Assembly (NCBI GenBank): GCA_000999095.1 | Contig: LCFP01000004.1 | Span: 80,930-144,929, forward strand | Direction: 5' to 3' | Length of the DNA: 64,000 nt | Source: Candidatus Gottesmanbacteria bacterium GW2011_GWA2_43_14 | GTDB taxonomy: Bacteria; Patescibacteriota; Microgenomatia; 2-02-FULL-39-11 | In this document: piece by piece, positions 57,899 to 64,000 of the stretch | Numbering within the stretch: position 1 is the stretch's first letter | Layout: every line of letters starts with the position of its first letter | Program-made: the position numbers and the translations under genes | Notes under the pieces: model-generated | Seen by the model: only the letters and a program-made list of their open reading frames with translations | Told to the model about the DNA's origin: nothing | Database searches by the model: none

Positions 57899-58282
57899 TT
57901 ATCTGCTTCTATCAATAATTTCTTTAATAATTTTATCAATTTCGATAGGTAGCGCACCGAGATGTGCTTTCGGGAAAAACCGGGGAAGGATAATTGGGCG
58001 CATGCCTGAAATATACGTAATCCCATCCTTCCGGTAGACGTTTATCTTACAGGGCAAACATAATCCTATCTTGATATCAGCCTGAAGTACAGTATAGGCG
58101 CTTCTAGCATTGCAAATCTCGATAATCTTGAATGGTTCAGCCTTAAAACCCTTCTCTTTCAATGTGGCTGTGACATCATGGATATAAAGCACGCGAAATC
58201 CGGCATTTTTCGTTTCTTTCTCAACCGCTTTAACCGCTTGATCAAATGATTTCTCCGTTGTAACCGTGTAATCAAAATCCAT
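57899..58282 (-). CDS. DUF302-domain protein
   Basis: 127 aa with the DUF302 fold signature (FRVLYIHDVTATLKEKGF...IIEICNA). Confidence 0.7.
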   Translation of the reverse strand: MDFDYTVTTEKSFDQAVKAVEKETKNAGFRVLYIHDVTATLKEKGFKAEPFKIIEICNARSAYTVLQADIKIGLCLPCKINVYRKDGITYISGMRPIILPRFFPKAHLGALPIEIDKIIKEIIDRSR

Positions 58283-58306
58283 ACGCTTATTTAAAAAGTT
58301 ATTACT

Positions 58307-58402
58307 TTAGAAATGCTGGCAGGCATTGACGGGCATTTCTGCTGATTGAATTTTGCCGCATTTTGGGCAAGTCAGATTTGCTGTGGTAATAATTTGGTCC
58401 AT
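58307..58402 (-). CDS. 31-aa Cys-containing mini-ORF, truncated paralogue of the 60006..60239 protein
   Basis: MDQIITTANLTCPKCGKIQSAEMPVNACQHF aligns with residues 6-36 of the 77-aa protein (LTCPLCHAEQSTEMPINACQYF). Not in the track because it is under 60 aa. It may be a gene remnant. Confidence 0.35.
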   Translation of the reverse strand: MDQIITTANLTCPKCGKIQSAEMPVNACQHF

Positions 58403-58425
58403 AAAATAAGTTTAAAATTTAAATA

Positions 58426-58830
58426 TTAATTTTTTTTAAGAGAAAAACCTTTGGATTGCCAGTCGTGCATCCCTAAGATGTGATTGTAAACATTGGTGTA
58501 GCCGAGTTCAGTCAGGCGTTTGGCGGCGATAGCACTCATCCGGCCGCTTTTGCAATACAAGATGATTTTGGCATTTTTATCTTTGGGGAATTTATTGAGA
58601 TTTTCATCAATCCGGTCATAGGGAATAAAAGCATCGGTTTTTTCAATTTCTCCCTCATAAGGCGTGTGGACATTGACAAAATAAAAATCTTTATTTTGCA
58701 GCATGGTTTTTAACTGGTCACTGGTTATATCAGTATATTCAAACGCTGAAGGAGTTTGATGAATTTTATAAAAATACAACCAACTGCCAAGAAAAACAGC
58801 CAGGAAAAGAATAATTAGGAATTTTTTCAT
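58426..58830 (-). CDS. rhodanese-domain protein (membrane-anchored/exported)
   Basis: N-terminal TM/signal segment and a rhodanese active-site loop (ILYCKSGRMS). Start placed at MKKFLIIL (58830) to avoid overlap with the upstream gene. Confidence 0.75.
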   Translation of the reverse strand: MKKFLIILFLAVFLGSWLYFYKIHQTPSAFEYTDITSDQLKTMLQNKDFYFVNVHTPYEGEIEKTDAFIPYDRIDENLNKFPKDKNAKIILYCKSGRMSAIAAKRLTELGYTNVYNHILGMHDWQSKGFSLKKN

Positions 58831-58831
58831 C

Positions 58832-59341
58832 TTAAAAACAATGGCGAAGTTTGGCTTCGAAATTTTCAGGATCGGCAATTCCGGCAACTAAGATTTTGTC
58901 CTTATATCCGCCTGAAGCACTAGTTTCAATAATAACATCACCGAAATGAAAAATTTTACCCAGGAATGATTGTTTAATGGTGACGGAACGGATGTTGTTA
59001 AGATCATAAACTTTCTCCTGGATGGAAAAAATACCCTGATGTTTGACAAGATGCTTTTCAGTTAAAAAGAAGGATTTTCCGCGCCAGTGAAGAATAGTGG
59101 AAATGATAAAAAATATCTGGATAACGCTTTTGAATACATGGATAAAAGCCAATAAAAGAACTACAAAATGGTGAATGTTGAAAGGTAAAGTCAATTTCAG
59201 AAAGTAGATCCGGAGTAAAGAAAAGTTTAAAAAAGCATAGAGACCGTCAGTAATCAGTAAAAACATCGTCAGCTGAAAAATCAGCAGGGTCATGTTTCCT
59301 TTAATTACGTCTGATGGTGATGTCGTGTGTGTCCATTCCAT
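58832..59341 (-). CDS. bPH_2 (DUF304, YdbS/YdbT-like) membrane protein
   Basis: Two TM segments followed by a PH-like domain (ITDGLYAFLNFSLLRIYF...VYDLNNIRSVTIKQSFLGKIFHFGDVIIET). Confidence 0.5.
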   Translation of the reverse strand: MEWTHTTSPSDVIKGNMTLLIFQLTMFLLITDGLYAFLNFSLLRIYFLKLTLPFNIHHFVVLLLAFIHVFKSVIQIFFIISTILHWRGKSFFLTEKHLVKHQGIFSIQEKVYDLNNIRSVTIKQSFLGKIFHFGDVIIETSASGGYKDKILVAGIADPENFEAKLRHCF

Positions 59342-59347
59342 AATTAA

Positions 59348-59695
59348 TTAAGGCAGCAGAATACCTCCCCGATAGCCCGGAATCCACCACGGAATAAAGA
59401 CATAGATAATAAAGATAAACCCGGCGGTCAGAGACAAAAGCAGATAAAGAGTCAGGCCTCTCAGGCGGTCATAGAAAGTTTTATACCCTTTAAGGGTGCA
59501 ACTGTGTTGATGATGCAGATATTGCCAAAAAAGAAGGGCTGTCAAAAGAAGTGCCGGCAGAAGAAAGATTTTATTGCTTGCTTCTTGGCTTAGCATGAAT
59601 AAAATTCCCGAAGAAACAAGCAGAAAAAGCAACATCCCGCAACAGATAAGGTGGATAAACAGAAAAGGAAAAACAGCCCCGACTGCCTGTCTCAT
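59348..59695 (-). CDS. hypothetical membrane protein
   Basis: 115 aa with 3 TM segments. Same operon. Confidence 0.4.
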   Translation of the reverse strand: MRQAVGAVFPFLFIHLICCGMLLFLLVSSGILFMLSQEASNKIFLLPALLLTALLFWQYLHHQHSCTLKGYKTFYDRLRGLTLYLLLSLTAGFIFIIYVFIPWWIPGYRGGILLP

Positions 59696-59961
59696 TATTT
59701 TTCAGGTGATTGATGGTGTTTATTGCCTTTGGAGTGATCTTTCATCATAAAGACATGTAAGATGGGACAGGCGAGAATTGCTCCATAAAAAAGTAGGTTG
59801 TTGATGGGAACTTTAAAGACGGAAACCGCTGCGAACGTAGCGATTAAGACTGCTCCGCAAAGATATAGCCATTTGGCCCGAGGGTTTATTTTAGGACTCT
59901 GGTTGGATTCATTCCCGGATTCCTGCTGTTTAGACTTTTCATCATTATTACAACAATTCAT
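59695..59961 (-). CDS. DUF2933-like small membrane protein (N-terminal MNCCNN, C-terminal His-rich tail)
   Basis: Start moved to the internal Met (MNCCNNDEKS...) to remove the overlap with 60006..60239. TM helix plus ACPILHVFMMKDHSKGNKHH tail reminiscent of DUF2933. Confidence 0.45.
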   Translation of the reverse strand: MNCCNNDEKSKQQESGNESNQSPKINPRAKWLYLCGAVLIATFAAVSVFKVPINNLLFYGAILACPILHVFMMKDHSKGNKHHQSPEK

Positions 59962-60005
59962 CTTTATCAGGATACCAGATGAAAGATTAAGAAATGATGA
60001 ACAAG

Positions 60006-60239
60006 TTATACAGGATTTATGATTTTTCTGATAACTACTGTTTCTGAATGCTGTTTCGGTGGGCACTTGGTTTTGCTGTACGAGCAGAAAACACAACAAT
60101 CTCCCTCTTTCGGTTTTAGCATTTCCCCGCATTTTTGGCTTTGGTAAAAATACTGACAGGCGTTAATAGGCATTTCCGTTGATTGTTCAGCATGGCACAG
60201 AGGACAGGTTAATACTGCAGCTGTAACGATTTTTTTCAT
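60006..60239 (-). CDS. small Cys-rich (9 Cys per 77 aa) putative metal-binding protein
   Basis: CPLCH...C..., CGEM and GDCCVFCSYSKTKCPP motifs. Immediately downstream of the two-component system (4-bp overlap with the kinase gene). Confidence 0.5.
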   Translation of the reverse strand: MKKIVTAAVLTCPLCHAEQSTEMPINACQYFYQSQKCGEMLKPKEGDCCVFCSYSKTKCPPKQHSETVVIRKIINPV

Positions 60240-61627
60240 ACAAGCGGAAGAGTTATGGTAATGGTAGTGCCTTTATTAAAGATACTTTTTACGGTAATAG
60301 TACCTTTATAGATATCGATAATGGATTTGGAAATGGCCAACCCCAAACCGGAACCTGAGATATTTTGAGTTTTTGCCCCGCGGTAAAATCTTTCAAAAAT
60401 ATATGGCAGATCTTCTTTGGCTATTCCAAGACCCCTGTCACTAATGGTTAGAATTGCTATGTTTCCGTGAGTTTTGAGCTTAATATCAATATGTCCCTTT
60501 TCTTTCGAATACTTTACGGCGTTATCAAGGCAATTGAGGATAGCCCTGCCCAGTTTATCTTCTTTGCCGTACACAAAAACATCTGGTTGGAAGTCTAAAT
60601 TTACCCTGATTGATTTTGCCTGGGCCAGTTTGACCGCAATTTCACCAAGCTCGGACAAGAGACTGCTTAAATTGACCTTATTATTATCAGCTTTAGCCTG
60701 CGAAGCTTCACTCCAGGCCAGATCGAGGATATTTTGCAGAGTATTCGACAGTCTGTTGTTATCAATAATAGCCTCCTCGATTACTTTTTTATATTCAGCT
60801 TTTGACCGTTCTTTTTGAAGAGAGACCTCCAAACCGGTCCTTTGAGTGGCAAAGGGTGTTTTAAGTTCATGCGCCACATCGGCGATAAACTGCCGTTCAC
60901 GTTTGAAAGCCAGTTTGATCCGGTCAAGGAGTTTATTGAAAGTGGTGGCCAGTTCGGAAATTTCATCACCTGTTCCCGGATCGTTTATCCGCTCACTGAG
61001 ATTTTCACCGGAAATTTTATTTAATTTACGGCTAATATCGGAAACTGGCTTTAATGCACGTACTGAAAACCAATAACCGCCAAGTAAAGTAGGGAACAGC
61101 ATGACGGCAAAAGCGGCGATTAAAGTCAAAGATAATTTATTTAATGACGACTGAATAACATCGATCGGATGACCTACTAAAACGACGCCCGATAGCTCGC
61201 CTTCAAAATAAACGGGGGATGCGTAAAATCTGATACTTTGACTGCCCAGTCTGGTATTGGTTAAGATATTTTTCCGACTATTGATCGCCTGGCGGTGCAT
61301 AGCGGCAAAGGTATTTCTGTCAAAACTGTTCATCAACGAACTGGAGATGATATCTCCCCGGGTATTCATGATGATGACCAACATCCCCGGAATTTCCGAA
61401 AACTCGTAAAGAAAGGCTCTTTGAGCCAGGACTTCATTCGAGTCTTGTCCCTGTTTAGAGACGACTTCAACCACTTTATTGCCATGGGAAATAAGAGAAC
61501 TGTCAGTTTGTTGATAAAGAAGCTGGCTGGTCAACAAAAAAAAGCCTGCAAATATAACTGTAGTTGTTAACAAAAAAGCCAGGAAATACCAAATGGTCAG
61601 GCGGAATTTGATACTGCGAATGTTCAT
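60236..61627 (-). CDS. sensor histidine kinase (two TM segments, periplasmic sensor, HAMP, HisKA, HATPase_c)
   Basis: H-box (ADVAHELKTP) and N, G1 and G2 boxes (DNAVKYS, DRGLGI, GSGLGLAI). Confidence 0.85.
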   Translation of the reverse strand: MNIRSIKFRLTIWYFLAFLLTTTVIFAGFFLLTSQLLYQQTDSSLISHGNKVVEVVSKQGQDSNEVLAQRAFLYEFSEIPGMLVIIMNTRGDIISSSLMNSFDRNTFAAMHRQAINSRKNILTNTRLGSQSIRFYASPVYFEGELSGVVLVGHPIDVIQSSLNKLSLTLIAAFAVMLFPTLLGGYWFSVRALKPVSDISRKLNKISGENLSERINDPGTGDEISELATTFNKLLDRIKLAFKRERQFIADVAHELKTPFATQRTGLEVSLQKERSKAEYKKVIEEAIIDNNRLSNTLQNILDLAWSEASQAKADNNKVNLSSLLSELGEIAVKLAQAKSIRVNLDFQPDVFVYGKEDKLGRAILNCLDNAVKYSKEKGHIDIKLKTHGNIAILTISDRGLGIAKEDLPYIFERFYRGAKTQNISGSGLGLAISKSIIDIYKGTITVKSIFNKGTTITITLPLV

Positions 61628-61643
61628 TTTTAATACCCGAGTG

Positions 61644-62318
61644 TTAGACTGATTTGCTGATTTTATAACCGACTCCGTGTAAGGTATGAATCAATTTAAA
61701 AGTTGCTTTGCCGTCAATTTTTTTTCGTAATGCGGCGACAAAAACATCAACCACATTGCTTAACCCTTCGAAATTATAATCCCAAACATGTTCGATTAGC
61801 ATGGTTCTCGAGACAACTTCGTCTTTATGCCTCATTAAAAATTCCAGAATGGCAAATTCCTTGGGGGTCAGCTTGATATGATGTTTATTTCTATTGACTG
61901 TATGTTTGATGGGGTCGACTGTCAGGTCGGCGATCTTTAAAACCGGAGAACTTTCACCGCGGCTTCTTCTGATGAGGGCATGGATACGGGATTTTAACTC
62001 CAGAAATGAAAACGGTTTGGTCAAATAATCATCAGCTCCCGAGTCAAGGCCGGTCACCTTGTCTTCGACATTGGATTTGGCCGTGAGCATGATGACTGGG
62101 ATATTGTGTTTTTTCTGCCTCAATCTCCGACAAATGGCCACTCCGTCAAGTTTCGGCAGCATGATGTCCAGAATAATAAGATCATATGGCTCTGTTTCAG
62201 CCATAAACATGCCGTCTTCGCCATCATAAGCCAGATCGACGGCAAAACCATCTTCAATAAGGCCTTTTTTAACGACATGGGCCAGTCTCCGCTCGTCTTC
62301 GATGATTAAAATACGCAT
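61644..62318 (-). CDS. OmpR-family response regulator (CopR/CusR-like)
   Basis: Receiver domain (Asp in LIILDIMLP) and a C-terminal winged-helix trans_reg_C domain. Confidence 0.9.
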   Translation of the reverse strand: MRILIIEDERRLAHVVKKGLIEDGFAVDLAYDGEDGMFMAETEPYDLIILDIMLPKLDGVAICRRLRQKKHNIPVIMLTAKSNVEDKVTGLDSGADDYLTKPFSFLELKSRIHALIRRSRGESSPVLKIADLTVDPIKHTVNRNKHHIKLTPKEFAILEFLMRHKDEVVSRTMLIEHVWDYNFEGLSNVVDVFVAALRKKIDGKATFKLIHTLHGVGYKISKSV

Positions 62319-62356
62319 AAGTGAGGTATTTTACAATATCGAGGATTAAAAAAACA

Positions 62357-63244
62357 TTAAGAAATAATGAAGGGATATTTCTTTAAAACTTGAGACATAA
62401 TTTCCGGGCCTTTTAAAATTCCCATTTCATTTATTACTCTAACCTGCTCAAAGTAGGGGATAAAGTCGAAGGCCGGAGTATGAAATTTCAGTCCTTTTGG
62501 AGCATTCTCCCAAATCTCGACACCTTCTCTTCTTTCGATAATTGTCTCCTTAAACGGTCGGTGATCATATTTTAATAGAATGCTCAGGACATAGACCGGA
62601 ATATTCTTTGAATTGGCGGCAAAGGTTATGCCCAGGCTGCCGACTTTGTTGACGAAACCTGATGAACTTAACAAATCGGCTCCGATAAAAACAGCCGAGA
62701 CGGGTTTTGTGAGAAGAATTGAGGCGGCAGCATCGTCAATGATCATGGTGACATCAGTCAGTCCGGCCCCGATCAATTCCCGAGCGGTGATTCTGCCCTG
62801 ATAAAGAGGCCTGGTTTCGGTGGCGTATACAGAGAACTTTTTGCCTTGAAGGTAGGCTTCCATAAACATATTTGTCACGGTTGAAGAATGGCAGTGAGTC
62901 AGGTAAATTCCACCGTCTGCAATCAGTTGGCTTCCTATTTGACCCATTGTCTCCTTGGCGGATTTCAGAATCTCCTTAAATTTTTCTGCCATTTCCGCAT
63001 ATTTAGTCGGATCAGTTTGTTTAGCCTGGAAGATGAATTTCAGCGCATTGACAGCTAAAGGTTCCGTCGGCCGGGCTTGGGCCAGTTTCTGCAACGCGGT
63101 AAATAAAAATTCATGATAATCAGCCGGATAAATTGCGGTCTTCATGACTTCCTTCAGTCCGTCAATAACTGCCAAAGCTACGTTAGTCGCTCCCTGGATT
63201 TTCAGGCTCTTGATGTCAGCCTCAATTTGCTTTATTTTATCCAC
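62357..63244 (-). CDS. eIF-2B alpha/beta/delta-family protein (ribose-1,5-bisphosphate isomerase/MtnA-like)
   Basis: IF-2B fold features (GATNVALA...THCHSSTV...GADL). 295 aa. Confidence 0.55.
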   Translation of the reverse strand: MDKIKQIEADIKSLKIQGATNVALAVIDGLKEVMKTAIYPADYHEFLFTALQKLAQARPTEPLAVNALKFIFQAKQTDPTKYAEMAEKFKEILKSAKETMGQIGSQLIADGGIYLTHCHSSTVTNMFMEAYLQGKKFSVYATETRPLYQGRITARELIGAGLTDVTMIIDDAAASILLTKPVSAVFIGADLLSSSGFVNKVGSLGITFAANSKNIPVYVLSILLKYDHRPFKETIIERREGVEIWENAPKGLKFHTPAFDFIPYFEQVRVINEMGILKGPEIMSQVLKKYPFIIS

Positions 63245-63266
63245 AAGACTATTTTAACGGATAAAA

Positions 63267-63713
63267 ATGCTTTATACACCCCACTTTCTGACCGGCGCAG
63301 TGATTTTGAAATATGTTCCCAATCCGCTGGTCGGACTGCCTCTGGCATTACTGTCGCATGTAGTTCTTGATTTAACGCCTCATAATGATTTCGGATTGCG
63401 GCCGGGAATTACCCTGAAAGAATTCTGGAAAATGGAGATAAGGAGAAGAAACATCATTATTTCGGCCTTACTTTTCGACTACTTATTATGTGCCGGAGTA
63501 TTTGTTTGGCTGTTTTCGACCTACAGGAATTGGTGGCTACTTCTGGGAGGCATAGCCGGGGTATTTCCTGATGCCTTGGAGCAATTCCTGATGCTGTTTG
63601 GTATAGCGCTCCCGGGCTGGCAGGATAAACTGCAATGGAGGGTTTCGGCCAAATACGGCTTTATTTCATACCCTTTAATTTCCCTGTTATCGCTTTTTTT
63701 CCTTTTAAGATAA
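63267..63713 (+). CDS. hypothetical membrane protein
   Basis: 148 aa with 4 TM segments. No diagnostic motifs. Confidence 0.35.
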   Translation: MLYTPHFLTGAVILKYVPNPLVGLPLALLSHVVLDLTPHNDFGLRPGITLKEFWKMEIRRRNIIISALLFDYLLCAGVFVWLFSTYRNWWLLLGGIAGVFPDALEQFLMLFGIALPGWQDKLQWRVSAKYGFISYPLISLLSLFFLLR

Positions 63714-63766
63714 GATAAATTTTGGTAAGATATTAAAGTTATTATTATTGAAAAGGAGAAAAATAA

Positions 63767-64000
63767 TGTCAGAGAAAACTGTAACGGATAAGGATTTTGA
63801 TGAGAATGTGGTCAAATCCGCCCTTCCGGTCCTGGTGGATTTTTGGGCGGTTTGGTGCGGACCCTGCCAAATCCAAAATCCGATTTTAGAAGAACTGGCA
63901 AAGCAATATAATGGTAAGGTTGTCATAGCTAAACTGAATGTGGATGAAAATCCGGCAACAGCAGCAAAGTTTGGAGTGATGAGCATCCCCACTCTTATGC
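63767..64000 (+). CDS. trxA: thioredoxin (3' end beyond the window)
   Basis: SD sequence AAAGGAGA 9 nt upstream. WCGPC active site ([12 protein letters not shown]). Not in the ORF track because it runs off the right edge. Confidence 0.85.

Noticed and set aside
58831-58887. 19-codon N-terminal extension of the rhodanese ORF
   Set aside because: It would overlap the upstream bPH_2 gene. MKKFLIIL at 58830 gives a normal signal or TM start.
59962-60132. Long N-terminal extension of the DUF2933-like ORF that overlaps the Cys-rich 77-aa gene
   Set aside because: The overlap is 127 bp in a different frame. The internal Met (MNCCNN) gives a compact protein with no overlap.
63705-63992. 95-aa minus-strand ORF
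   Set aside because: It overlaps the clear thioredoxin gene (WCGPC, strong SD) on the plus strand and has a low-complexity translation.
1-64000. Search for CRISPR repeats, tRNA/rRNA genes, and transposase or integrase genes
   Set aside because: No regularly spaced direct repeats, no tRNA-like GTTCRANYC T-loop contexts, and no recombinase-like ORFs were recognised by eye. The metal island therefore has no visible mobility gene within this window.

Overview
This is a gene-dense window (about 43% GC, almost no non-coding DNA) from an uncultivated bacterium. Several traits look like Patescibacteria/CPR or a similarly reduced lineage: many GT2/GT4 glycosyltransferases, an ATP-dependent DNA ligase, an EndoQ-like PHP nuclease, an eIF-2B/R15P-isomerase-like protein and a standalone Pol I 5'-nuclease. 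Despite that, it carries a complete trp operon.

The first half (1-37 kb) is housekeeping:
- an rRNA m5C methyltransferase and an MBL hydrolase;
- a tryptophan T-box leader followed by a translationally coupled trpEGDCFBA-DUF554-trpS transcription unit, whose TrpRS carries an N-terminal YbaK/ProX deacylase domain;
- a Trbp111-like tRNA-binding protein, FtsH, Fpg, RecF, Nnr, a Fic protein immediately followed by an ATP-dependent DNA ligase, a five-gene glycosyltransferase cluster, Pth and FolC.

The second half (37.6-62.3 kb) is a roughly 25-kb metal/thiol-homeostasis island made of two long minus-strand gene arrays.
- Array A: CopA (CPC), two CopZ-like HMA proteins, two paralogous fusion proteins of unusual architecture (HMA + DsbD_2-like Cys-pair membrane domain + Cys/Met cupredoxin-like domains), and a block of six uncharacterised membrane/extracytoplasmic proteins rich in vicinal Cys-Cys motifs.
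- Array B: a His/Met-rich P1B ATPase with an atypical CPD motif, a BlaI/CopY-type repressor with an M56 BlaR1-like peptidase, DsbA, DUF3105, DUF305, a YHS protein, rhodanese, DUF302, an ICMT-family methyltransferase, Cys-rich mini-proteins and a two-component system.

The most plausible novel element is an ATP-independent thiol-relay metal (Cu/Hg-type) trafficking module co-encoded with CopA. A perfect 7-3-7 palindromic operator sits against the start codons of two genes in array B. No CRISPR array, tRNA/rRNA gene or transposase was found.
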